A stretch of DNA of 64,000 bases, from NCBI GenBank assembly GCA_040399305.1, contig JBBASH010000001.1, forward strand, positions 52,592 through 116,591. Reading direction: 5' to 3'. The notes under the pieces were generated by a model. It saw only the letters and a program-made list of their open reading frames with translations, did not search any database and was not told where the DNA came from. The position numbers and the translations under genes are program-made. Shown one piece after another: positions 28,584-39,679 of this stretch (position 1 is its first letter; each line of letters starts with the position of its first letter). Source of the stretch: Cyanobium sp. (GTDB taxonomy: Bacteria; Cyanobacteriota; Cyanobacteriia; PCC-6307; Cyanobiaceae).

Positions 28584-29798
28584 TTAATGGCCCGGGGTGG
28601 AGGTCTCCAGCTCCCGCCGGGCCTGCTCCAGGGCCCCGGGCACCCGTTCGAGATCGGCGGAGGAGAGCCAGGGCCCGAGGCTGATCCTCAAGCCACTGGC
28701 GCACTGGGATTCGGGGTAGCCCAGGGCCCGCAGCACCGCGCTGCCTCCACCCCGGGAGCCGGGGGAGGCGATGGCGCTGCAGGCGGAGCCGCTGCTCACC
28801 GCCAGACCCTGGCGCCAGAGTCTCCGCACCAGCTCTCGGCCGGGCAATGGGACTCCCGCCTCGCTGCTTACCACCAGACTGATGTGGTGCGGCAGACGGC
28901 CTTCCCGATCCTCCGGGGCGGAACCGCTCAGGCTCACGCCGGGCAGTTCGAGCAGGCGTGCCAGCAGGGGGGCGCGTAGGCCTGCCAACGGATCTTGCCC
29001 ACTATGAAGGAGCAGACGCTCGTTGGCCTCCTCCAGGGCCTGGGCAAAGCCCGCAGCCAAGACCCCCGCTTCGGTCCCACCCCGTAGCCCGCCTTCCTGC
29101 ACGCCGCCGATCTGGGGGAGCAGCGGAATGCCGCGGCGACGGAGCAGCAGGCCAATCCCGCGAGGGCCACCCAGCTTGTGGGCGGTGCAACTCAGCAGAT
29201 CCACGCCGAGGGCGTCGGCATCCACCAACCGGTGACCCACCACTTGCACCGCATCGACATGCAGGGGGATACCGGCATTCCGGCACAGGCGACTCACCGG
29301 TTCCAGGGGCTGGATCGTGCCCACCTCGCTTTGGCCCCAGATCAGCGACACCAGGCGGGTGGGGGGCACCAGGAGTTCGCTGAGAGCCATCAGATCGATC
29401 ACGCCGCGGCGATCGACCGGCACCTTCGCCACCTCCCAACCCAGCCGCAGCAGCCTGTCCGCCGCCGCGGTGGTGGCGGGATGCTCCACCGGGGAGATCA
29501 CCAGCCGCCCCGGCGGCAGCATCCCCGCCTGGCCCAGCAGCGCCAGGTGAATCGCCTCACTCGCACCGGAGCAGACAATCAAATCGTGCTGGCTAGCTCC
29601 CAGCAATTCGGCCAGGCGCCCCCGGCTGCGTTCAAGGAGTTCGGAGGCCCGCAGGCCGAAGCCGTGGAGGCTGGATGGATTGGCCCAGGCGGAGCGCTGG
29701 GCTGCCGCCATCACCCGCATCACCCCCTCCGTGGGGGGGCTGGTGGCGCAGGCATCGAGATAGCCGGAAAGATCCTGCGGCGATTCAGGCGGCGTCAT
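28584..29798 (-). CDS. Cysteine desulfurase (class V aminotransferase, NifS/IscS-like)
   Basis: ATG at 29798. YLDACATSPP, PLP-lysine motif SCTAHKLGGPRGIG, active-site loop SSGSACS. The upstream 109 codons of listed ORF 28584..30125 are Pro/Arg/Trp-rich junk overlapping dapF. Confidence 0.88.
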   Translation of the reverse strand: MTPPESPQDLSGYLDACATSPPTEGVMRVMAAAQRSAWANPSSLHGFGLRASELLERSRGRLAELLGASQHDLIVCSGASEAIHLALLGQAGMLPPGRLVISPVEHPATTAAADRLLRLGWEVAKVPVDRRGVIDLMALSELLVPPTRLVSLIWGQSEVGTIQPLEPVSRLCRNAGIPLHVDAVQVVGHRLVDADALGVDLLSCTAHKLGGPRGIGLLLRRRGIPLLPQIGGVQEGGLRGGTEAGVLAAGFAQALEEANERLLLHSGQDPLAGLRAPLLARLLELPGVSLSGSAPEDREGRLPHHISLVVSSEAGVPLPGRELVRRLWRQGLAVSSGSACSAIASPGSRGGGSAVLRALGYPESQCASGLRISLGPWLSSADLERVPGALEQARRELETSTPGH

Positions 29799-30957
29799 CG
29801 GGGCGAGGAGCCTCCACAATGCGCCGTTCCGCGGTGGTGGTGGCGAGGGCCACCAATTCGTCGAGGGAGCGCCCCTCCAGCAGGGCCGCCACCCGGGCCC
29901 GGGCCTCGGCGCTGCTGCAGGCCTCAGGCCGCAGGCAGCCATTGCCGCAAGCGGTGGCGCAATCGATCGCCGGCAGGGCTGGGGCACTGGCGGAGCTGCC
30001 GGTGGCAACTGCGGCAGCGGCGGCGGGGTCGCGCAACAGGGTGGGAGGGGAATCGAGGCTCTCCACCGCCGGCGGCTGAGGGATAGCCGCCGGCTCCCCC
30101 AGCAGGCCGGGCACCACCACGCCATCGAACACCGCCTCGGCGGGGCCGCTCATGATCACCGGGGCCCCTTCGCCAGCCCACTCGATCCACAGGGGCCCCC
30201 CCGGCAGATCCAGGCGGGCGCGGCTGTGGCACAGGCCCAGGCGATGGCAGGCCACCAGCGTGGCGCAAGCGCCGGTGCCGCAGGCCAGGGTGGGGCCGGC
30301 GCCGCGCTCCCAGACCCGCATCACCAGATGCTCTGGGCTGAGCACCTGCACGAAATGCACATTGGTGCGTGCCGGGAAGGCGGGATGCCGTTCGAGGGCC
30401 GCACCGAAGCGCTCCAGCTCCACGGCGTCCACATCGTCGACAGGAATCACCACATGGGGATTGCCCATGCCGGCGGCCGCCACCGTGAAGGTGTGACCTT
30501 CCACCTCCAGATCACCCTGGGGCAGGCCGGCCGGTCCCAGGGGCAGGGTGGTGGGCACCGCCGCCGGCTCGAGAAAGGGCGGCCCCATGTCGACGCAAAT
30601 GGTGCCGTCGGGGCGGAGTTCCGGCACGATCCGACCCGCCAGCGTCTCCACCTGCCAGGTGCGGCCGGGTTCATCGCCATCGCTGTCGGCCAGGAAGCGC
30701 GCCAGGCAGCGGATGCCGTTGCCGCACATCTCCGGTTCGCTGCCATCGGCATTGAAGATCCGCATCCGCAGCTCCCCACCCTGGCGGGGCGGTAGTGCCA
30801 GGATCACCCCATCGCCGCCTACGCCAAAGCGCCGGTCGCAGAGGCGACGCACCGCCTCCGCATCCAGCCCAAAGGCCCCCTCGCCATCCTCCAGATCGCG
30901 GCCATCCAGAAGCAGGAAATCATTGCCGAGTCCCTGATACTTGCTGAATTGGAGCAC
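29785..30957 (-). CDS. dapF: Diaminopimelate epimerase with a C-terminal extension of about 105 aa carrying four Cys
   Basis: GTG at 30957. LQFSKYQGLGNDFLLLDG, catalytic Cys motifs EMCGNGIRC and LACGTGACA. The DapF fold ends near AVFDGVVVPGLL. The same frame then continues through ...AIDCATACGNGCLRPEACSSAEARARVAALLEGRSLDELVALA... to a stop at 29785. Confidence 0.9.
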   Translation of the reverse strand: MLQFSKYQGLGNDFLLLDGRDLEDGEGAFGLDAEAVRRLCDRRFGVGGDGVILALPPRQGGELRMRIFNADGSEPEMCGNGIRCLARFLADSDGDEPGRTWQVETLAGRIVPELRPDGTICVDMGPPFLEPAAVPTTLPLGPAGLPQGDLEVEGHTFTVAAAGMGNPHVVIPVDDVDAVELERFGAALERHPAFPARTNVHFVQVLSPEHLVMRVWERGAGPTLACGTGACATLVACHRLGLCHSRARLDLPGGPLWIEWAGEGAPVIMSGPAEAVFDGVVVPGLLGEPAAIPQPPAVESLDSPPTLLRDPAAAAAVATGSSASAPALPAIDCATACGNGCLRPEACSSAEARARVAALLEGRSLDELVALATTTAERRIVEAPRPDDAA

Positions 30958-30989
30958 CGATCCATCCCACCGTCCGACGAACTGATCCT

Positions 30990-31229
30990 ATGCAGAGCTT
31001 CTTCGAACAACGGGGGCCCAGGCTCGACACCTCCTCCCCCAGCGTGCGCCACCTGCAGGACCTGATCCGCCACAGCTCCCCCGTGCACATCGAGCTCGAA
31101 GGGGGCCAGAGCCTGCAGGGCACCATCCGCTGGCAGGACCATGATTTTCTGGCGATCCAGCAAGACCGGGACCTGCCCCTGCTGATGGTGAACCGCACCA
31201 AGGTCGTGCTGCTGCGCCTGCTCAGCTGA
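30990..31229 (+). CDS. hfq: Cyanobacterial Hfq-like (Sm-fold) protein
   Basis: ATG at 30990. PSVRHLQDLIRHSSPVHIELEGGQSLQGTIRWQDHDFLAIQ matches the pattern of cyanobacterial Hfq homologues (LPS(V/I)RQ(L/V)Q..IK....VE(I/V)KL..G....G...WQD). 79 aa. Confidence 0.75.
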   Translation: MQSFFEQRGPRLDTSSPSVRHLQDLIRHSSPVHIELEGGQSLQGTIRWQDHDFLAIQQDRDLPLLMVNRTKVVLLRLLS

Positions 31230-31271
31230 TCCCCTGTGGCACGATCGGGGCAAGACCGTTTCCATCCCTCC

Positions 31272-33956
<2,685 letters not shown>

Positions 33957-34034
33957 TCGGGGGTTCCCGACTGCACTGCCCCTCCGTGACTGTCCCTCCG
34001 TGGGATCGTCGATTTTCTTGAACCCCGTATTGGC

Positions 34035-34232
34035 ATGGACCCGGACAGCCCACCCCCCGGCTCAGACAGCGCCGGCGGAACCGATCTTCGCCGCGAGGCC
34101 CTGATCGCCTCCCTGCGCCAGCGGTTCGCCATCGCCGATGCCCGGGGTGATGCGGAAGCCAAGCAGGCGTTGTTCAAGGAGGCGGTGTACCTCAATCTCC
34201 CGCCTGAACTCTGGCAGGAGCCCCCGGCCTGA
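34035..34232 (+). CDS. Small hypothetical protein (65 aa)
   Basis: ATG start and GC3-rich codons. MDPDSPPPGSDSAGGTDLRREALIASLRQRFAIADARGDAEAKQALFKEAVYLNLPPELWQEPPA. No family recognised. Confidence 0.35.
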   Translation: MDPDSPPPGSDSAGGTDLRREALIASLRQRFAIADARGDAEAKQALFKEAVYLNLPPELWQEPPA

Positions 34233-34312
34233 TCCCATCACCCCCGGCATCGTGGGCAGCGCAGGGCTGTGAGAACCGGGCTGGGGCGGCATTCCAGGAC
34301 TGTTTCTGTGCT

Positions 34313-35080
34313 TTAGGGGAGGTCGCGATCGAGTTGACGCAGCGTGTCGGCCACCTGGTGACGCAGGGTCTGGAAGGGGGTTGAGATCCGCAACTCATGC
34401 AGGTCGCCCTTATCGAGGTCGAGGCTGAGGGTTTGCACAATGCGGCCGGGCCTCGGGGCCAGGATGTGCACCCTCTGGGCTAACAACAGGGCTTCATCAA
34501 TGTCATGGGTGATCAGCAGCACGGAGAGGCCGGTGCTGCGCCAGAGGTTGTGGAGAAACTCCTGCATGGATTCGCGGATCTGCAGATCGAGAGCCCCAAA
34601 GGGTTCATCCAGCAGCAGCAGGCGGGGCTCGGCAGCCAGGGCCCGCGCGATGGCCACCCGCTGCTGCATGCCCCCGGAGAGCTCCCGGGGCAGCCGCTTG
34701 GCTGAATCAAGCAGCCCCACCACTTCGAGATAGAAGGCGGTGCGCTCCCGGATCTGGCCGCGCTCCAGGCCCTTGAGTTCCAGTCCGAAGGCCACGTTCT
34801 CGGCCGCCGTGAGCCAGGGGTAGAGGCTGTACTTCTGGAACACCATGCCCCGATCGGAGCCCGGTCCGCGGATCGGTTGGCCATCGAGGCTGAGGCTACC
34901 GCTGGTGGGTTTTTCCAGCCCTGCCACCAGGCGCATCAGGGTGGATTTGCCCGAGCCCGAACTGCCAAGCAGCGCCAGAAACTGGCCGGTATGCATGGTG
35001 AGGCTGATCTGGTCCAGCACCAGTTGCGCGGCCCTGCCATCGCCGAAACGTTTGCAGACGGAGTCGAGAACCAGATTCAT
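34313..35080 (-). CDS. ABC transporter ATP-binding protein (NitT/TauT family); last gene of the riboswitch-led operon
   Basis: ATG at 35080 (MNLVLDSVCKRF). Walker A GSSGSGKST, signature LSGGMQQRVAIARAL, Walker B LLLLDEPFGALD. Confidence 0.9.
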   Translation of the reverse strand: MNLVLDSVCKRFGDGRAAQLVLDQISLTMHTGQFLALLGSSGSGKSTLMRLVAGLEKPTSGSLSLDGQPIRGPGSDRGMVFQKYSLYPWLTAAENVAFGLELKGLERGQIRERTAFYLEVVGLLDSAKRLPRELSGGMQQRVAIARALAAEPRLLLLDEPFGALDLQIRESMQEFLHNLWRSTGLSVLLITHDIDEALLLAQRVHILAPRPGRIVQTLSLDLDKGDLHELRISTPFQTLRHQVADTLRQLDRDLP

Positions 35081-35108
35081 GGGGTTCCAGGAGGGGGCGG
35101 TACGGCGC

Positions 35109-35900
35109 TCATGTCGCCCAGGCACAGCTGCGTCGCATCAGCATGCGGAAGCCCAGATCGATCAGCAGGCCGATCAGGCCAATCACGATTAGGCCCAGGA
35201 AGATCTGATCGGTGCGAAGGAAACGCTGGGCCAGGGTGATGTGCTTTCCTAAACCGCTTTCGGCGGCAACGAGTTCGGCCACGATCACCAGGTTCCAGGC
35301 GGCCGCCATGTTGATGCGAAAAGCATCGAGCACCTGGGGGGCGATATAGGGCGTGATCACCCGCAGCAGCAGATCTCGCTTCTTGCCGCCGAGGGTGCGG
35401 GTGGTTTCGAGCAGTTCCCGCGGCACGAACTTCACCGCATCCATGATCATCAGGGTGTTGAAGAAGAGGGTGCCGATGAAGATCAGCAGTACCTTTGGTA
35501 GTTCACCCAAGCCGAAGTAGATGATCAGCAGCGGAATGAAGGCCGGCGCCGGCATGTAGCGCAGCAGGGCTAGCAGTGGCTCCAGCAAACGGGAGAAGGT
35601 GGTGTTCGTGCCCATGGCGATTCCCAGCGGCAGCGCCACCAGGGCCGAGAGGCCGAAGCCCCCGAGCACCCGCAGCACACTGGCGCTGATGTCGCGCCAG
35701 AGATCGCCGCTGGCCGCCTCCTCCTGGCCGGCGGCCACAACGGCGGCTGGTGTCGGCAGAAAGAGGGGGTCGACAACGCCGAGCCCGGCCACCAGGGTCC
35801 AGAGACCCAGCAGCACAGCGATGCCAGCCACCCCGAGAGACCAGGGATGGAGGAGCAGCCGGCGGAGTCGCTGGGCCGCCAAGGAGTCGGATTGGGCCAT
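35109..35900 (-). CDS. ABC transporter permease (NitT/TauT family)
   Basis: ATG at 35900. Six predicted TM segments. EAA-like loop region ...TRTLGGKKRDLLLRVITPYIAPQVLDAFR. Confidence 0.88.
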   Translation of the reverse strand: MAQSDSLAAQRLRRLLLHPWSLGVAGIAVLLGLWTLVAGLGVVDPLFLPTPAAVVAAGQEEAASGDLWRDISASVLRVLGGFGLSALVALPLGIAMGTNTTFSRLLEPLLALLRYMPAPAFIPLLIIYFGLGELPKVLLIFIGTLFFNTLMIMDAVKFVPRELLETTRTLGGKKRDLLLRVITPYIAPQVLDAFRINMAAAWNLVIVAELVAAESGLGKHITLAQRFLRTDQIFLGLIVIGLIGLLIDLGFRMLMRRSCAWAT

Positions 35901-35917
35901 GGGTACGGATGCGGGGA

Positions 35918-36940
35918 TCAGTTCGCGGCATTCACGAACTTCGGTTCCAACAGCCCATCAAGCTTCGGCGCGGTCTTGGCGAGGCCCACGGCCTGGAGGA
36001 AGGAGCTGATCTGCTCGGCCGCGAAGGGCAGCGAGGTCATGGTGGTGCCCGGTTTGAACACCTGGCGGTTCTGTTCAAGGCTGTAGATCGTGGTGCCGGC
36101 GTCGTAGGCCTTGTAGTCGGCCTCGCTCACCCCGGCGCGCTTGGCCAGGATCGCCAGGGAGGGGCCCGGCTCCGCCTTGATCTGGGCCAAGGTGGCAAAC
36201 CAGCTGTTCACGATCTTCTGCACCTTCTCAGGGTTTTTGGCCACGAATTCGCGGTTGCAAACGAGGTGATCGCTGATCGCCCCCGGGAAATCCTTCGAGC
36301 TGTAGAGGGTGGTGCTGCCGGGGCGCTTGAGGGCCTGGGTGGTGAAGGGCGCGAACACCCCCACCGCATCCACCTTGCCGGCCACGAAAGCCGCCGCCGC
36401 CGCCCCGGTCTCCAGGGGCACGAAGGTGATGTCCTTCTCGGAGATGCGGGCCTTCTTCAGCCCCAAGAGCAGCAAGTAATGATCCACCGTGCCCTGTTCG
36501 GCCGCCACCTTTTTGCCCTTCAGGTCCGCCACGCTGCGGATGCCGGGGCCGGCGATGATCTGATCGTTGCCGCTGGAGATGTCATTGGTGAGCACCACCT
36601 GGAGGTCGGCGCCGCCGGCCACCGAGGAGAGCGTGTCACCGAGGGTCTGGCTATTGCAGTCGAGCTGGCCGGCGTTGAGGGCATTGATCGAGTCGAGATA
36701 ACCATCGAACCAGGTGAGCGTGACCGGCACCCCGGCGGCGGTGAAGAGCCCCTTCTCCTCACTCACCTTCCAGGGGAACCAGCCGGGCCAGGCGCTGTAG
36801 CCGATCCGTACCGGCACGTCGCTCGCTGAGGGGCCAGGTTTGCTGCAACCGCCCAGGGAACTGGCGACCGCCCCGGCCAAGGCCAGGGCAGCCAGGGAGC
36901 GGATGCGGCTCGGGGAACGACGGGAGGAAGCGTTGTTCAT
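35918..36940 (-). CDS. ABC transporter substrate-binding lipoprotein (NMT1/THI5-like, NitT/TauT family)
   Basis: ATG at 36940. Lipobox LGGCSKPG. IGYSAWPGWFPWKV...LTWFDGYLDSINALNAGQLD is typical of nitrate/sulfonate/taurine-type binding proteins. Confidence 0.85.
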   Translation of the reverse strand: MNNASSRRSPSRIRSLAALALAGAVASSLGGCSKPGPSASDVPVRIGYSAWPGWFPWKVSEEKGLFTAAGVPVTLTWFDGYLDSINALNAGQLDCNSQTLGDTLSSVAGGADLQVVLTNDISSGNDQIIAGPGIRSVADLKGKKVAAEQGTVDHYLLLLGLKKARISEKDITFVPLETGAAAAAFVAGKVDAVGVFAPFTTQALKRPGSTTLYSSKDFPGAISDHLVCNREFVAKNPEKVQKIVNSWFATLAQIKAEPGPSLAILAKRAGVSEADYKAYDAGTTIYSLEQNRQVFKPGTTMTSLPFAAEQISSFLQAVGLAKTAPKLDGLLEPKFVNAAN

Positions 36941-37033
36941 GGCTCTGGGGGATGGAATTGGAACAGATCGGGGTCGTGGAAGGGGATGGCAGAGCGGGTC
37001 TGCGCCGATGGGCAGCAAGGGGCGCTCAGGCGA

Positions 37034-37777
37034 TCAATGGACCGCGCTGAGCAACGCGGCCGACGGTCCGTGCTGATCGGATGCCGGTGCAGCAAGGTTG
37101 GAGCGCTGCGAAGCGACCTGCTCGCGCAGCCACTGGTGCCAGGCCTCCAGGCCTTCGCCGCTGCTGGCCGAAACCTGCAGCACCCGGCAGCGGGGATTGA
37201 CCTGCAGGATGTGTTCCTCGATCCGTTCCACCTGAACCGTCAGGTAGGGCAGCAGATCGATCTTGGTGATCAGCACGCAGTCAGCCTCGCGGAACATCAC
37301 TGGGTACTTGAGGGGCTTGTCATCGCCTTCGGTGACGCTGAGTAAGGCCACCTTGCGGTGTTCGCCCACCTCGAACTCGGCCGGGCACACCAGGTTGCCC
37401 ACGTTTTCAACCCAGAGCAGGTCGAGGCCCGCCGGATCCAGCCGGTCCCGCAGCAGCCGCAGGCCGCCACTCACCATGGCGGCATCGAGATGACAGGCGC
37501 GGCCCGTGGTGATCGGCACCACCGGAATCCCCACGGCCTCCAGCCGTTGGGCATCGAGCTGGGTGGTCATGTCGCCCTCCAGCACGGCCATGGCGAAGTC
37601 TTGAGCCAGATGGGGCAGGCTGCGCTCCAACAGGGAGGTCTTGCCGGCGCCGGGGCTGCTCATCACATTGAGGCAGAGCAGGTTCCAGGCATCGAAGTGC
37701 TCGCGGTTGTGGGCGGCTTGGTGCTGGTTGGCCGCCAATAGGTTGAGACCCAGGGTGTCTTCCAGGGGCATGTGCAT
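37034..37777 (-). CDS. ghaB: HypB-like nickel-GTPase (GhaB-type accessory protein)
   Basis: ATG at 37777 (listed start 37786 is TTG). P-loop [29 protein letters not shown]. No His-rich N-terminal tract. Confidence 0.8.
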   Translation of the reverse strand: MHMPLEDTLGLNLLAANQHQAAHNREHFDAWNLLCLNVMSSPGAGKTSLLERSLPHLAQDFAMAVLEGDMTTQLDAQRLEAVGIPVVPITTGRACHLDAAMVSGGLRLLRDRLDPAGLDLLWVENVGNLVCPAEFEVGEHRKVALLSVTEGDDKPLKYPVMFREADCVLITKIDLLPYLTVQVERIEEHILQVNPRCRVLQVSASSGEGLEAWHQWLREQVASQRSNLAAPASDQHGPSAALLSAVH

Positions 37778-37782
37778 GGCGA

Positions 37783-38229
37783 TCAAGGACGAAGGGCGGA
37801 GGCGGGGAAGGGTGGGGTCGTGGCTGGGGGGGATTGGCCCACAGGGCCGAGGGATGCCGTGGCGGTGCCGGGTTGCGGGAGGTGGTAGTCCACGCTGCTG
37901 ATCCGCAATTCACGGCCCTGCACGATCTCCTCCATCGGGTGCTCGCAGCAGGGGGAGCGGTAGCCCCTCTCCGGCTCGGGCGCATAGGTGGCAGAACAAC
38001 GAAGGCAGCGCCCCAGCAACGCCACCGGTTCAATCGCCAGTTCCGCCCCCTCAAGCCAGCTATTGCGAATCGCGGCCTGCCAGGTGAAGACCAATTGGTC
38101 GGGCTCCACGCAGGTGAAGGCGCCCACCTGGAGGTGGACGGTGCCAACCCGGGGTACCTGGGGTGTGTGGCTCTGCCTCCAGCCCTCCATCGCCAGGAGT
38201 AGGGCTCGGGTCATGTCGACTTCGTGCAT
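37783..38229 (-). CDS. ghaA: HypA-like nickel metallochaperone (GhaA-type accessory protein)
   Basis: N-terminal MHE nickel-binding motif ([11 protein letters not shown]). Zn-site CLRC, with the second motif appearing as PCCEH rather than CxxC. Pro-rich C-terminal tail. Confidence 0.78.
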   Translation of the reverse strand: MHEVDMTRALLLAMEGWRQSHTPQVPRVGTVHLQVGAFTCVEPDQLVFTWQAAIRNSWLEGAELAIEPVALLGRCLRCSATYAPEPERGYRSPCCEHPMEEIVQGRELRISSVDYHLPQPGTATASLGPVGQSPPATTPPFPASALRP

Positions 38230-38233
38230 CGCC

Positions 38234-39430
38234 CTACCTCCAGCGTTGATCGACCTGCATGTTGCAGACCGGATTCAGCCAGGCGGGAGTCTGGCGGCGC
38301 GGCAATTGGCCGCTCACCACCAGGTGGGCCATGGTGTCGCAGATCACGCGGGTGGCCATCAGCGAAGTCATGTCGCTGACGTCGTAGGGAGGGGAAACCT
38401 CCACCACCTCGAGGCCGCAGACCGGCACATTGCGCACGATCAATTCGAGCAACTTCAGCGCTTCACGGGGCAGAAGCCCCCCGGGTTCGGGCCAGCCGGT
38501 GCCGGGCACAAAGCCGGCGTCGATGCAATCGATATCGAAGGAGATGTACACGCAGTCGGTGCCATCGGTGGCCCGCTCGATCGCATAACGGGCCGCCGCC
38601 TCCAGGCCCATGTCACAGATGTCGGTCACGGTGAGCACGTTCGTGCCCCGCTCCCGGCAGATCTTCACCCCCTCCCGAGGCACCTGCCAGCCGCCGATGC
38701 CGAGCTGCACCAAGTTTTCGGCAGGGGCATTGGCCATGTTGGTGGCATGGAACCAAGGGGTGGTGTGCATGCGTTCATCCAGGTCGGTTTCCTGGGTGTC
38801 GACATGGCGATCAAAGTGGATGATGCCCACCTTCTTATCGCCCAAGTGGCGGCAGACACCGCGCAGGGTGGGAAAGCCGATCGAATGGTCGCCGCCGAGG
38901 ATGATCGGGAAGGCGCCGCTGGCGAAGACGTGCGCCACCCCCTTAGAGATCTGATCGAAGCTCTTTTCGTTGTTGGCCGGAATCGTGAAGATATCGCCGA
39001 TATCGCACAACTTGATCTGCTCCCGCAGATCGACACCCATCTCGTAGTTGTAAGGGGTATAGAGGGCTGAGATGCGGCGAATCCCCTGGGGACCGAAGCG
39101 GGTTCCAGGGCGGTAGGTGGTGCCGCTGTCGTGGGGAACGCCAAGAATGGCGACATCGAAATCGCCGACGCGATTCACATCCTCCACATAGGGAGCCTTC
39201 ATGAACGTGTTGATGCCCGCGTAGTGGGGCAACTCACCGCGGGAGAAGGTGGAGATGCGCCGATCCACAATGCTGTCGGCTGCCTCAAGGCCCAAACGCA
39301 ATCCCTGGTCGACCTCCTGCTGCCAGCCGGTGAGCGGCAGGCGCGACTCCTTCTCAAGGGCCCTCAGACCTTCACTGGGATGAACACGCTCAAACCCTTC
39401 CTCGGGGGAAGGTCCGGACACAGAAGCCAT
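38234..39430 (-). CDS. gdmH: Arginase/agmatinase-family hydrolase; candidate Ni-dependent guanidine hydrolase
   Basis: ATG at 39430, TAG stop at 38234. Ureohydrolase motifs GGDHSIGFP, IHFDRHVDT, SFDIDCIDAGFVPGTGWPEPGG. 398 aa with an N-terminal extension. Preceded by a guanidine-I riboswitch and followed by HypA/HypB-like genes. The family call is firm. Guanidine specificity is inferred from context. Confidence 0.75.
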   Translation of the reverse strand: MASVSGPSPEEGFERVHPSEGLRALEKESRLPLTGWQQEVDQGLRLGLEAADSIVDRRISTFSRGELPHYAGINTFMKAPYVEDVNRVGDFDVAILGVPHDSGTTYRPGTRFGPQGIRRISALYTPYNYEMGVDLREQIKLCDIGDIFTIPANNEKSFDQISKGVAHVFASGAFPIILGGDHSIGFPTLRGVCRHLGDKKVGIIHFDRHVDTQETDLDERMHTTPWFHATNMANAPAENLVQLGIGGWQVPREGVKICRERGTNVLTVTDICDMGLEAAARYAIERATDGTDCVYISFDIDCIDAGFVPGTGWPEPGGLLPREALKLLELIVRNVPVCGLEVVEVSPPYDVSDMTSLMATRVICDTMAHLVVSGQLPRRQTPAWLNPVCNMQVDQRWR

Positions 39431-39454
39431 GGAATCGGGGAGGTTGGTTGATCG

Positions 39455-39572
39455 CGGCCTCCCGGGCTTTTATCCCTCCGTGTCATGGACCCTGCCAGGC
39501 AGGAGCCATGGGATTTCTCTTGGACCTGACACCCCTGAACCTGGCGGCTTTGGGACCGGAACCCTAGAAATC
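39455..39572 (-). promoter_or_regulatory. Guanidine-I (ykkC) riboswitch aptamer
   Basis: The minus-strand RNA reads GAUUUCUAGGGUUCCGGUCCCAAAGCCGCCAGGUUCAGGGGUGUCAGGUCCAAGAGAAAUCCCAUGGCUCCUGCCUGGCAGGGUCCAUGACACGGAGGGAUAAAAGCCCGGGAGGCCG. It contains the three conserved ykkC blocks CUAGGGUUCCGG, GGUCC(A/G)AGAG and ACACGG.GGGAUAAAAGCCCGGGAG in the correct order and spacing, with a variable hairpin (CAUGG...CCAUG) between them. It ends 24 nt upstream of the ATG at 39430. Confidence 0.85.
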
Positions 39573-39679
39573 ATGTCCGCAAACCCATGGTGATGGGGGC
39601 GTTCGGGGAGCGTGGTACCAACCGCTACCGATGCCATGGCTCCGCCATCGACCTGCCTGGGTCCACACCTGGGGGCCCC

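Noticed and set aside
28584-30125. 513-aa version of the cysteine desulfurase
   Set aside because: The first 109 codons (MAWWCPACWGSRRLSL...PPPPRNGALW) are Pro/Arg/Trp junk overlapping the dapF 3' region. The aminotransferase-like sequence starts at ATG 29798.
37034-38229. Interpretation as hydrogenase maturation genes hypA/hypB
   Set aside because: No hydrogenase (or urease) structural or other hyp genes are nearby. The pair is sandwiched between a riboswitch-controlled arginase-family gene and an ABC importer, which matches the published guanidine hydrolase accessory context better. This cannot be fully excluded without the whole genome.
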